A model generated the notes under the pieces. It saw nothing but the letters and a program-made list of their open reading frames with translations. It did no database searches and had not been told where the DNA came from. A DNA stretch of 64,000 nucleotides from Candidatus Nomurabacteria bacterium. Lineage in GTDB: Bacteria; Patescibacteriota; Minisyncoccia; Phycocordibacterales; UBA5272. The translations under genes were made by a program, and so were the position numbers. Below are positions 37,090 to 47,800 of the stretch, piece by piece. Position 1 is the stretch's first letter, and the number at the start of each line of letters is the position of its first letter. The stretch spans positions 25,185 through 89,184 of the forward strand of contig JBAXSC010000002.1 in the NCBI GenBank assembly GCA_037130925.1, in the 5' to 3' direction.

Positions 37090-37118
37090 AATTTGTGATT
37101 ATTTAAGAACAAGTGACT

Positions 37119-37574
37119 TTAGAAAGGAATATCATCTGGATTTACTTCACTGTCTCCATAATCAATAGTATCTAACTCTTCAACTTCCTTTGTAGAAGAA
37201 GAAATAGTTGGGCCATTGTCTGAAGATGAACTTCCTCCTGATTTTGCGTCTGCTCCAAATTGGAAATTATCAGCCACAATTTCTGTACGATATTTTTTAG
37301 TACCGCTATTTTGATCATCCCAGCTTCTTGTTTGGATTCTTCCTTCAAGATAGACAGGTTTACCTTTTTTAAGCCATTGAGCGAAAACTTCTGCCAATTT
37401 ACCGAAAGCCACAATATTGTGGAATTCTGCAACATCTTTTTTAGCGCCTGAAGCGTCTTTAAAAGATCTATTAGTGGCGAGTCCGAAACTAACAACTTTA
37501 TTGCCATTTGGCATTGATTTCAAATCTGGATCACTTGTTAAATTTCCATATAACATTACTTTATTTAAATACAT
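37119..37574 (-). CDS. ssb: Single-stranded DNA-binding protein
   Basis: MYLNKVMLYGNLTSDPDLK...FHNIVAFGKLAE...GRIQTRSWDD, and a C-terminal acidic tip DDIPF. Confidence 0.93.
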   Translation of the reverse strand: MYLNKVMLYGNLTSDPDLKSMPNGNKVVSFGLATNRSFKDASGAKKDVAEFHNIVAFGKLAEVFAQWLKKGKPVYLEGRIQTRSWDDQNSGTKKYRTEIVADNFQFGADAKSGGSSSSDNGPTISSSTKEVEELDTIDYGDSEVNPDDIPF

Positions 37575-37681
37575 ATTTTTACGCTTAATTAATTTTAATT
37601 TCCAAACCTTAATATAAAGTAATTATATCATGTTTATATTTTTATAAATTTCTATAATTTTCAAACAACTTTCAGATAATA

Positions 37682-38215
37682 TTAAATATTTTCTGATTCT
37701 GTAGCTACCACTTCTTCAGTAATAACTTCTGGTGCTAGAATTTCTTCCGCAACTTCTTCTTTTGTTGTATCAATATTTACATCGATACCATCAACCACTT
37801 CTTCTCTAACAAAAGTTGAGGTAACTGTTGGATCTGATTTCATAATTGATAAATCTTTTGTAAAGACATCATTTCCTTTTTCTGCTTTCACAATAAGGAA
37901 TCTGATTACTTCTTCATCAAGCTTTAATTTCTTATCAAGCTCAGTGATTTTTGCGGGAGTTAATTCGAATTTTACCCATCCGAAATATCCTTCCTTAAAG
38001 CGAACATTCACATTGTTCACTACTCTTGTCATCTCATAGGATAACTCACGCATGTATGGAGTTTCTTCTGAAATGAAGCTTCCATCAAGAGAAGCGATGT
38101 TTTGCTTGAAAGCTTCAGCTTTTTCTAAAGCTTTGCCTTCATCAAGACGATAATCGAAAATATATGAGATTTCATATATTTGATTACCCTCCATCATGGA
38201 TTCATTTTCATTCAT
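37682..38215 (-). CDS. rpsF: 30S ribosomal protein S6 with an extended acidic C-terminus
   Basis: YEISYIF...GSFISEETPYMRELSYEM...GYFGWVKFE. It lies in the rpsF-ssb-rpsR order. A TGTGTTAGAAT promoter lies upstream (~38240). Confidence 0.8.
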   Translation of the reverse strand: MNENESMMEGNQIYEISYIFDYRLDEGKALEKAEAFKQNIASLDGSFISEETPYMRELSYEMTRVVNNVNVRFKEGYFGWVKFELTPAKITELDKKLKLDEEVIRFLIVKAEKGNDVFTKDLSIMKSDPTVTSTFVREEVVDGIDVNIDTTKEEVAEEILAPEVITEEVVATESENI

Positions 38216-38332
38216 ATTTTTATTTTTTTAAATAACTAATAAGACCTGCATTCTAACACAAATTTCAATATATTTCAAATTAAAAAAGCCACCAAAATAG
38301 GTAGCTTTTTACCTTAAAAAATCATCTATTAG

Positions 38333-38713
38333 TTACAGACCCTCTAAGTGTTTTTTCATTTTAAAAACTTCTCTTTTAATATATCCTTTTATATCTTCAG
38401 CATACATAGGATACGAACTGTTCAAGTAAAGTTCAGACTCAAAAGTCTGACCTTCCTGAATACCCTCAAAAAAGAAAGTTTCAAAATCTAAATTTGCCCA
38501 AATTTTAATTTGAACCCTTTTAGGAAATTTTAATTTTGCGCCTCTTTTCCAGATTACCATTCCGGATAATTTTAAATTATCACTAGAAAAATCTTCATAC
38601 TCAAAAAAAACGTCCTTAAATTCCTCTTTAAGAAAATTCATAAGATTTTCTGAATGTTTTTTAAAATCATCTCTAGACTTTGAAAAGTCAATAATCATTT
38701 TATTAAAGTCCAT
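38333..38713 (-). CDS. Hypothetical protein (126 aa)
   Basis: ORF followed by a minus-strand terminator (GCTACC-TATTTT-GGTGGC + T-run, 38282..38311). Confidence 0.45.
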   Translation of the reverse strand: MDFNKMIIDFSKSRDDFKKHSENLMNFLKEEFKDVFFEYEDFSSDNLKLSGMVIWKRGAKLKFPKRVQIKIWANLDFETFFFEGIQEGQTFESELYLNSSYPMYAEDIKGYIKREVFKMKKHLEGL

Positions 38714-38802
38714 TTTAAATAAATTTAAATGTTAAAAATAACGATATCAGTATTCATACTAATACTAATATATTTAAAAGTCAAACTGAAATATTTTAAT
38801 AA

Positions 38803-39339
38803 CTATTTTGTCTTTAGAATCATTTCCATTTCTGGAATCAAAACTCCACTTATTGGCATACGTTGTTTTTCTTCTGAAAATCTTTTACCCGTATCAATAA
38901 ATCCAATTTTTTTGTAAAAATTTATAGCGTTCTGATTATAAGTAACAACTTCAACTATTGTATCCTTAGACTTATCTAAAAAATCTTTTGCTTTAGACCA
39001 AAGCATACCACCTATTTTCATTCTTTGGTATTCTGGAAGAATGTATATAGCTATAAGTTTATTATGTTCATCATTCTTACTAACTCTACACAATCCAACA
39101 ACTTTATTTTCTAACTTTGCAACCAGAAAAAGTTGATTCTCTGGAAGATTTGAAAGTGTATCTATTCTTTTTTGAATATTTTCATCATCTAATCTATTTT
39201 TAAATCTTTCTTCTATATCTTCCTCTGTTATACCTATTTCTTTATTTGGATATGTGTTAAACCATGTTTTATAAAAAACTTCTTGAATACCAAAAACATC
39301 TTCTGGAATAATTGGTTTTGTAATAATTATATTTTCCAT
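38803..39339 (-). CDS. GNAT family N-acetyltransferase
   Basis: ...VVGLCRV...IAIYILPEYQRMKIGGMLW...NAINFYKKIGF. Confidence 0.75.
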   Translation of the reverse strand: MENIIITKPIIPEDVFGIQEVFYKTWFNTYPNKEIGITEEDIEERFKNRLDDENIQKRIDTLSNLPENQLFLVAKLENKVVGLCRVSKNDEHNKLIAIYILPEYQRMKIGGMLWSKAKDFLDKSKDTIVEVVTYNQNAINFYKKIGFIDTGKRFSEEKQRMPISGVLIPEMEMILKTK

Positions 39340-39354
39340 ATTATTTATTATATT

Positions 39355-40233
39355 TTATTTCAAAAATAAATTTTTAAAATTCTCTTTTAGAATATTTTTA
39401 AACTCTTCTTTATCTTCTATATTTTTAATTTCACAAATTTTGTCAAAAACATCTATCGCAAAATTTGGCTCATTTCTTTTTGCTTCTTTTCTTCTATTTT
39501 TTGGTAAAACAAATGGAGAATCTGTCTCAATATGAATTTTATTTAAAGGAATACTTTTTATCATTTCATCATAGTCGCTAGTAAAAGTACAAACTGCAGG
39601 AATGGAAACTGTAAAATCTGGTAATTCATTTAAAATAATATTCAAAACATTTTTAGTCCCAACAAAGAAATGAAAATTACCTTTTATATTTTCATAATCT
39701 TTCAAAATTTCTACAGTGTCTAAATAAGCATCTTCTTTATTTCCTTCAACTTCACTTGGACGAATATGGAGCATTAAAGGTAAATCCATATCTAAAGCCA
39801 AATCAATATGACTTTTAAAAACTGATTTCTGTTTTGTTTTTATTAATTCCAGTTCTTCTTTAGTAATTTTTCCAGATTCTAAATCTTTATAAATATAAAA
39901 ATAATCAAGACCACACTCACCTATTGCGAGACATTTTTCATTTTCTCCTAATAGTTTTAATTTTGAAAAATAATCTTTTGGATTTTCAAATGCAAATTCA
40001 AATTCTTTTTCATTATCATGAGGATGAAGTCCGATAGAGTAAAAAAGATTTTCATATTTTAAGGACATATCTTTCGCTATCTCACTTTCATTTAAATCTG
40101 TACCAATAGTGATAGTGGCTATTTTATTTTCATTCATATTCTGAATAATTCTCTCAGTATCAAAACCATAATCTTTAAAATTAAGATGTGAGTGAATATC
40201 TATGTATTCTATTTTTGATAAATCTAGAGACAT
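39355..40233 (-). CDS. TatD-family metal-dependent hydrolase
   Basis: YIDIHSHLNF (HxH), IGECGLDY, and the later MLHIR / ETDSPF blocks. Confidence 0.8.
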   Translation of the reverse strand: MSLDLSKIEYIDIHSHLNFKDYGFDTERIIQNMNENKIATITIGTDLNESEIAKDMSLKYENLFYSIGLHPHDNEKEFEFAFENPKDYFSKLKLLGENEKCLAIGECGLDYFYIYKDLESGKITKEELELIKTKQKSVFKSHIDLALDMDLPLMLHIRPSEVEGNKEDAYLDTVEILKDYENIKGNFHFFVGTKNVLNIILNELPDFTVSIPAVCTFTSDYDEMIKSIPLNKIHIETDSPFVLPKNRRKEAKRNEPNFAIDVFDKICEIKNIEDKEEFKNILKENFKNLFLK

Positions 40234-40236
40234 ATT

Positions 40237-41679
40237 CTAATCAACTCTTGGAAAGAGTGGAGATTCTGGCTTTTTATTTTCTTTTATTAATTCTTGAATT
40301 TTTAAAGAAGTCTCTGTCATCATCGGCTCAAGTGCAAGAGCTACACCGTGTAAATGTTTAAGTAAATAATAAACATCTTTTTCTGCTTCTTCTTTATCGA
40401 TTTTAATTTTTTTAAATGGCTCTTTATCTTGAATAAATTTATTTAAATCTGAAATATCTTTCCAAATATTATCCATTTGTTTACAAATATCAAAAGTCTC
40501 TAATTCTTCAACAGGACCAGTATAATATTTTGTATTTAAATCTTCTTCAGATAATTTCACTTCATAGTTTGAACTCATAGTTAAAATGCGAGAAGTTAAA
40601 TTTCCAAGTCCGTTCACAAGACCAGAATTATAAGAATCCTTAAATCTATCCATAGTAAAAGGACTATCTTCAAAACTTGAAACTTCTTTTAGTAAGAAAT
40701 ATCTTAGAGCATCTACTCCGTATTTATTTGCAATATCTCTCGGATCAACAACATTACCAAGTGTCTTAGACATTCTTATTCCTCCTTCCCCTGTGACATG
40801 ACCATTGATTACTATTTGTTTTGAATTTGGAAGATTTGCAGCCATAAGCATTGCTTGCCACATAGCAGATTGAAAACGATTATTATCTTTTCCACAATAC
40901 TGAGTAGGATTTCCATCTCTCCAATACTTATTAAAATTTTCCATATCTTCTGGCCAACCTAAAGTAGAAATATAATTTGTGAGAGCATCAAACCAAACAT
41001 ACATTACTTGATTATCATCGCCTGGTACTGAAATTCCCCATGGCATTTTTTCTTTTAATCTTGATATAGAAAAATCTTGCAAACCATTACTTACGAAATT
41101 TTTTATTTCATTAAACCTAAAATCAGGAATTACAAAATTTGGATTTTCTTTATAAAAATTTAAAAGCTTATCTTGAAATGCGGTATATTTGAAAAAATAA
41201 TTTTCTTCATCTATTAATTTTAAAGGAATACCGGGATGATCAGGACACTCTCCATTTACAAGCTCGCTTTCAGTTTTTTCATCTTCACATCCAATACAAT
41301 ATTTCGCTTGATAATTTTTTTTATAAATATATCCATTTTTTTCTACAATTTTCCAAAATTCTTGAGCTGCTTTTATATGATGCTCATCAGTTGTTCTTAT
41401 ATAATGAACGTTAGAATAAAGATTAAATATCTTAAGTTGCTCTTTAAAAGTTTCAAAACTCTTATTTACAAAATCTTCAGGAGACAGATCATTCTCTTTT
41501 GCTTTTTCATAAATTTTTACTCCATGCTCATCTGTGCCAGTATTAAAAAATACATCATAACCTAATAGTTTTTTATAGCGAACAATTGTATCTGCACGAA
41601 TAAATTCTAGAGCATGTCCAATATGAAGTGGAGCATTCACATAAGGAAGAGTTGTGGTCAAATAGAATGGTTTTTTCAT
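40237..41679 (-). CDS. metG: Methionine--tRNA ligase (short form)
   Basis: PYVNAPLHIGHA (HIGH), GTDEHG, the CPDH...C knuckle, VWFDAL, and RMSKTLGN (KMSKS). Confidence 0.95.
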   Translation of the reverse strand: MKKPFYLTTTLPYVNAPLHIGHALEFIRADTIVRYKKLLGYDVFFNTGTDEHGVKIYEKAKENDLSPEDFVNKSFETFKEQLKIFNLYSNVHYIRTTDEHHIKAAQEFWKIVEKNGYIYKKNYQAKYCIGCEDEKTESELVNGECPDHPGIPLKLIDEENYFFKYTAFQDKLLNFYKENPNFVIPDFRFNEIKNFVSNGLQDFSISRLKEKMPWGISVPGDDNQVMYVWFDALTNYISTLGWPEDMENFNKYWRDGNPTQYCGKDNNRFQSAMWQAMLMAANLPNSKQIVINGHVTGEGGIRMSKTLGNVVDPRDIANKYGVDALRYFLLKEVSSFEDSPFTMDRFKDSYNSGLVNGLGNLTSRILTMSSNYEVKLSEEDLNTKYYTGPVEELETFDICKQMDNIWKDISDLNKFIQDKEPFKKIKIDKEEAEKDVYYLLKHLHGVALALEPMMTETSLKIQELIKENKKPESPLFPRVD

Positions 41680-41711
41680 GTTTTTTAATATTATATATTC
41701 TTTATAATAAA

Positions 41712-42755
41712 CTAAATTTGATTTTCTTTCAATTTTTTAAAATCCTCCAATAATTCCATAGCAATAGTCGCTACAGGAATAGCAATCAGAGCCCCCCAGA
41801 ATCCAGCCGCCTCAACACCTATAAACAATGCGATAATTACCACAACTGTTGGTATTCCTACGAATTTACCAATAATTTTTGGATAAAGGAAATAAGAAGA
41901 AATTTGAGATACTGCAAAAATTGAAATTAAAACAGCAAAAGCCAAAGAAAAACCTCCCACATTCCAAGCAAAAAATAATGCTGGAATAGAAGCAATAGTC
42001 ACCCCTACCAAAGGCATCAGCTCACAAATAAAGGCTAAGAAAGCGATCGGTAAAGCAAAAGGTACCTGACAAACTGTTAGTATTATAAAAAATAAAATAC
42101 TAATAATAAAAGCTACAAAAACTTGTCCAAAAAACCAACCAGATATTTTTTTCTGAACACGGTCAAAAAGATCTTCTACATAATCTTCATATTTTTTAGG
42201 AGAGACTAATCTCAAAAAATTATGAACGCCTTTATCAGAAACAGAGATATAAATAGATATTACTATGGTTAAAATAAAATTCACAATAGTACTAAATAAC
42301 ATTGTAGTATTTGCAACGGAAGTATTAATAAGCCAATTATGAATATTAAATACGATAGTATTTGTATTAATATTTTTTAAAGCTTCTACTGAGTAAGAAA
42401 GAAAATTACTATACCAAAATGAAGACTCTGTATGTAAAGACTTAAAATAATTAAGAGTGTTTGGTAATTCTTGTATTGTCATACCAATATAAGAAACTAC
42501 TGCTGGTAAGAAATTATATAAAACTAAAAATAAGAAAGACAAAAATACTAAATAAAATATTACAACAGATACAACTCTCGGTATTTTTACTTTTCCTAAT
42601 AGATTTGCAAATCTATTAACAACAGAAGCTATAACTATAGCTAAAAACAATATTAATATTAGAGCTCTAAAATAATAAAGAGCGTAAAATAAAACTACTA
42701 ATAATATTATCTTTATAATTGATCTGGCTGATAACTCTATTTTCATTGGTTGCAT
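41712..42755 (-). CDS. AI-2E family transporter (PerM/UPF0118)
   Basis: Polytopic, with the typical C-terminal region ...LMPLVG...GFWGALIAIPVA. The start was moved to the ATG at 42755 because the TGATATACT promoter (42776..42784) lies inside the 5' end of the track ORF. Confidence 0.75.
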   Translation of the reverse strand: MQPMKIELSARSIIKIILLVVLFYALYYFRALILILFLAIVIASVVNRFANLLGKVKIPRVVSVVIFYLVFLSFLFLVLYNFLPAVVSYIGMTIQELPNTLNYFKSLHTESSFWYSNFLSYSVEALKNINTNTIVFNIHNWLINTSVANTTMLFSTIVNFILTIVISIYISVSDKGVHNFLRLVSPKKYEDYVEDLFDRVQKKISGWFFGQVFVAFIISILFFIILTVCQVPFALPIAFLAFICELMPLVGVTIASIPALFFAWNVGGFSLAFAVLISIFAVSQISSYFLYPKIIGKFVGIPTVVVIIALFIGVEAAGFWGALIAIPVATIAMELLEDFKKLKENQI

Positions 42756-42803
42756 ATAATTTATTTTATACAAAAAGTATATCATCAAACTAAGACAACA
42801 AAA

Positions 42804-42823
42804 AACCCACCAATTGGCGGGTT
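42804..42823 (-). terminator. Intrinsic terminator ending the ileS-recO-464aa transcription unit
   Basis: On the minus strand: AACCCGCC-AATT-GGTGGGTT plus a T-run. The G-U pair is valid only on the minus strand. Confidence 0.7.
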
Positions 42824-42837
42824 AATTTATATTTTTT

Positions 42838-44232
42838 TTAATTAGATTTTAAAGTCCAAGTTCTTTCGAGAGACATATTTTGATCATTTGAAACGTTCTT
42901 TTCTGACTTTCTTTCTCCGTGAGTAGATAGTTGAAGATGGATAGTGTTATCACCTATCATATTTCTAGCGACCTTAATTTTAAATGTAAATTTACCCGTC
43001 CCATTTGCCGGAATTTGAGAAAGATCAGCAAAAGTTGTCTTATCCCAAGTCGCCACAGATAAACTTTGATCATAAGTCCCCTGTATAGGCTCTGTATAAG
43101 TATTATCTATTCCATTACCTAATAACTTAGCAGTAAACACAACATTATCAATAGGATAATTTAAATTATTTTTATAAGTAAAATCAAGCATAAGTAAATC
43201 ATTTGGAGATACTGTAGCAGACCCTGCCGAACTATCACTAGTAATAGCGACATCTAAATATTGGCCTGAAACTAAAATATCTTTTTCTGCTTGAGAATAA
43301 ATATTATCTAAACTTAAATTAAAGTTATCATAATTTCCTAAAGTTGAAGAAGCTGATGTTGAAGAATTAGAAGAGTTTGGAGTTCCAGCAAAGAAAGAAA
43401 AATGATCTCTCACTCCAATATTTCCAGTTAATTTTCCAGAAAAAGAAATTTTATTTTCTGAATTCGCTGAAAGATTTTTAATAAGCCAAGAAGGGTTATT
43501 ATTATACAAAGCTTGAGAAGATGAAGAATAAACAAAATCTAAAGGAGGACGAACTGAAACTATTAAATTTTTAATATCTTTAGGTGTGTTATTTTTAATA
43601 GTTAAATTAAAAGTATTTAAATTGGCTTGATGAAATTCATCTAAACTATCAACTGTAATAGTTACAGGAGAACTTTTAAGTAGAATACCCACTGGATTTC
43701 CTAATTTATTGAACTCCGCGTTTGACCCTGAAATTTTATAGAAAAGTGTTGCATCAATTTCTTTCTGACTTCCCTCTTTTCCAAATAAAGTTACAGAAAC
43801 ACTTTTTTCAGAAGTATCATTTGGTAATATTTCACCAATGTCTATCTTTTGAGAAACTATATTTTTCGCACCAGAAAGATTTTCTCCAGAATCATATTGA
43901 ACTAATATATAAGCATTTATAAGTGACACTTTATTTTTATTTGAAACATTTAAAGATAAGGACCCTGGCTCACCACTAGGTAATGAATTTGATCCGTTCA
44001 TAACGAAGTCTATATTATTTGCCGAAAATACTGAAGAGCTGTGAAAGAAAGAATACAAAACAAAAGATAAAACTAAAAAGAATACCCCAGATGAAATCAA
44101 GAAAAATTTAGTTGAAAAATTCATCGATTTTTTAACTTCATCATGATAAACAAATTCTGGTAAATCTTTGTCATCCCATTTTTCTGGAATTTTATAATTT
44201 TCTTCTTTGTGAGTTTTAATATCAGCTTGCAT
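42838..44232 (-). CDS. Membrane-anchored extracellular protein with repeated beta-sandwich-like segments (464 aa)
   Basis: N-terminal cytoplasmic stretch, a TM helix (FFLISSGVFFLVLSFVLYSFF), then an S/N/T-rich ectodomain. No family assigned. Confidence 0.55.
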   Translation of the reverse strand: MQADIKTHKEENYKIPEKWDDKDLPEFVYHDEVKKSMNFSTKFFLISSGVFFLVLSFVLYSFFHSSSVFSANNIDFVMNGSNSLPSGEPGSLSLNVSNKNKVSLINAYILVQYDSGENLSGAKNIVSQKIDIGEILPNDTSEKSVSVTLFGKEGSQKEIDATLFYKISGSNAEFNKLGNPVGILLKSSPVTITVDSLDEFHQANLNTFNLTIKNNTPKDIKNLIVSVRPPLDFVYSSSSQALYNNNPSWLIKNLSANSENKISFSGKLTGNIGVRDHFSFFAGTPNSSNSSTSASSTLGNYDNFNLSLDNIYSQAEKDILVSGQYLDVAITSDSSAGSATVSPNDLLMLDFTYKNNLNYPIDNVVFTAKLLGNGIDNTYTEPIQGTYDQSLSVATWDKTTFADLSQIPANGTGKFTFKIKVARNMIGDNTIHLQLSTHGERKSEKNVSNDQNMSLERTWTLKSN

Positions 44233-44250
44233 AATGTGTGTTTTTATAAA

Positions 44251-44835
44251 TTATATCATAGTCTCTCTAAAGACACTTAAGACGTGCTTTTTGATTTCTT
44301 TTTCATTTAAAATGAAATGAGTATAGAAATCTTTTATAGAAAAACTCTTATATTCTTCAATATCTTTAACTCCAATTATAGTCGCATCCGCATATCCTGT
44401 GTCCACTAAAACTATATAATAAATTAAAATTTTAAAATTATTTATATCTAAAATTTCAATATCACCTTCTGATAAAAAGATAGATTTCATTCTATCGAAT
44501 AATTTTTTATAAGTTTTTTTTTCTTCAATAAATTTATTTACTACTTCACTTATAATTTTTTTAGCTTTTAAACTCCAAAGTTTGGACTCTGAAAAATCAG
44601 ATACCTCTTCTGCTCCAACGAGCCTCCAAACGTCTTTTCCTTTCACTAATGTCACAACAACAAAATCATCCTTTTTAATTAAAGATCTTAATTTTGCATT
44701 TATTTTTCTAATAGATTTTCCAAGTGAAAAAACAATACCGAAATCTCTTGTCCAAAGCTTATAGACAAGATCATGCTCACCTTGTTCATAAACCCTCAAA
44801 ACAAAAGCTTCAGTAGTGTACTTTTCAATAGACAT
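44251..44835 (-). CDS. recO: DNA repair protein RecO (short)
   Basis: The N-terminal OB-fold pattern TEAFVLRVYEQGEHDLVYKLWTRDFGIVFSLGKSIRK... resembles RecO. The start abuts the ileS stop. Confidence 0.55.
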   Translation of the reverse strand: MSIEKYTTEAFVLRVYEQGEHDLVYKLWTRDFGIVFSLGKSIRKINAKLRSLIKKDDFVVVTLVKGKDVWRLVGAEEVSDFSESKLWSLKAKKIISEVVNKFIEEKKTYKKLFDRMKSIFLSEGDIEILDINNFKILIYYIVLVDTGYADATIIGVKDIEEYKSFSIKDFYTHFILNEKEIKKHVLSVFRETMI

Positions 44836-44837
44836 AA

Positions 44838-47800
44838 TTATTTAACAATAACCATTTCCTCTTTTTCACTTTCTTCAAATTCAACATCAGACAATTTACA
44901 ATCTTTCATTAATTCTTCTTTGAAAGTCAAAATAAAATCTTTTCTTTCTTGATTTGTTTTTACTAAAAGAGAAACAATATCACTCGCTACTAAATTATTT
45001 TCTTTTCTTAAATCTTTTACTTTTCTTGTTAGCTCACGATATTCACCTTCTTTTTTCAATTCTTCTGTAATGTTTAAATCTAAGAATAAATTAGAAGATT
45101 CTGAATATTCAGCTTTTTCGTCTAAAATAATTTCTTTAACATTTATTTCATCTTTTAAGATTTCAAAATATTTTTCATCTAATTTTATTTTTGTAGTAAC
45201 AGAACTCAAAGGCTGACGAACAGGAAGATTATTTTTTTGACGAATCATAAGAGCCTCCGTCACGAGACTGCGAACTTCAACCATTTCTTCTAAAACTTTT
45301 TCATCAACAACTAAAAATTCTTTTGGCCAAGATTCTAAATGTACTGATTCTTTTTTGTTTAAATTTTCTTTATTTACAGACTGGTAAATTCTCTCAGCTA
45401 AAAATGGCATAAATGGTGCAATTACTTTTGAGAAATCATTTAAAACTTTATAAAGAGTAAATTCCGCAGAAACACCATCTTCACTTTTTAATCTATCACG
45501 AGATCTACGTAGCCACCATGTAGAAAGATCATCTATAAACTTATCAAAAGGTCTTGTCGCTTGATCGAGTCTATATTCATTCATGGACTTTGTCGTATTC
45601 GCTATAATCTCATTCAAACGAGTAAATATCCAATTATCAAGAGGGTTATCAAATCCTTTTAATAAATCATCATTAAAATTATGAGAAACTTCTAACATCT
45701 CATAAAAACTCAAAACATTTTCAAGTTTTGCGACTATTTTTTTATAAGTTTCTTCTACATTATTATCTGAGAAAGGAATGTTTTCAGCACACATTGCAGG
45801 AGAAGAAAGTAACGTCTGTCTAAATGCATCTGCTCCAAATTTTTCCACAACTAACATTGGAGGTGTAAAATTATTTTTACTTTTTGACATTTTTTCTCCG
45901 TCAGCAGCAAGTAGCATCCCATTTACAATTACATTTTTATAAGAAGTCTCATCAAATAATCCGACTGAAATATTTAATAAAGAATAAAACCACCCTCTAG
46001 TCTGATCAAGACCTTCAGCAATAAAGTCTGCAGGGAAAGTTTTTTCAAATAAATTTTTATTTTCAAAAGGATAATGTATTTGTCCATAAGGCATTGACCC
46101 AGACTCAAACCAGCAATCGAAAACATATTCGACTCTTGTCATTTCTTTTCCATTTTTACTTATTAATTTTACTTCGTCTATATATGGTCTGTGTAAATTA
46201 ATATTTCCTGTTTCATCTCTTGGTAAAATTTTTAAATCTAATTTTCTAACTTGTGCAAAATGCGGATAGAGTCTACTGTCATTCGATAATTCATCAGCTA
46301 TAATTTCTTCTTCTGTCATCAATTCTCCAGCTGCAAGCATCATTCTCATCGGTGCGCCATGTGTAGCTATTAATATTTTTTTACCGGAATATTTGTCTTC
46401 TAATTTAGAAAGTCCAAGCATCACTCTATTCATCACATCGCCATGACTTTCACCACCACCAATTTTAGTTTTTAATTTTAAATAATTTTTACCAAAATCA
46501 TTAAGCATTTCTTTTGGAGTTTTACCATTATATGTTCCTAAATCTATTTCATTAAAATATTCATATATTATAACTTCTTTCTCGCCAGCCATAATACCAG
46601 CAGTTTGATAAGCTCTAGGAAAAGCAGAAGATACAATCACGTCAAAATCTATTTCATTCTTTTTCTTTGAATCTTCAACTTGTGCGATACCGAGCTCAGT
46701 CAAAACATCTTTAGGATCCATCACCGTCTCTTCTATCCCTTCTACGTTATGTATAGACTCACCGTGACGCATAACATAGTATTCATTTTTAGGTTTACAA
46801 GAATTCATTTCAGCAAGCTCTTTTAAAGAGCCTATTACAACAACTTCATCCCCATCATTTTCTTTCCAAATTGGAAGAGGTGCGCCCCAATATCTACTTC
46901 TGGATACTGCCCACTCACGAGCCCCTTCGAGCCATTTTCCAAATCTTCCATCACGAATATTTTCTGGATTCCAATTTATATTTGCATTAGTAGCAAGTAA
47001 ATTATTTTTTATTTTTGGCACATCGATAAACCAAGAACTAGTAGCGTAATTTAAAAGTGGAGTATCACATCTCCAGCAAGTTGGATATGAGTGAACTAAT
47101 TTTTCTTTTGCAAAAAGCAATTTCTTTTCTGCTAAATATTTTATGATAGCAATATCTGCAGATTGATTATCTCCCGCTTTCTTTACTTTCATTCCAGCAA
47201 AATCTGTAATATCTTTTGTGAATTCACCATTCATTCCAACATGCTTTATTATTGGTAATTTCTTTTCTTTTCCCAAATTTAGATCGTCTTCACCAAATGC
47301 AGGAGCAATATGAACGACTCCAGTACCAGTATCAATAGATACGAATTCTGCATCGACAATAGTATAAATATTTTCTTTATTTTCTAATTTTGCATCGACG
47401 AAATAATTAAATACTGGTTTATATTTTTTACCAATTATTTTTTCTCCAGAAAATTCTTCTACAATTTTAAATTCTAGATTTTGTTTTTTAAATATTTCTT
47501 CAGCTCTTTCTTTTGCTACGATATAAAAATTACTATCAGAAGCCTCTACTTTTACATATTCAATTTCTTTATTTACAGCAAGAGCGACGTTTCCAGGAAG
47601 AGTCCAAGGTGTAGTAGTCCAAGCAAGAACAAAAGTATTTTCTTCGCCTTCTAATTCAAATTTTGCAGTCACAGAAATATCTGTTAGATCTTTATAATTC
47701 TGAGTTACTTCTGATTGAGCAAGAGTTGTCTCACAACGTGGACAAATATGCATACTTTTATGACCTTCAAAAACTAATCCTTTTTTAGATAATTCTTTAA

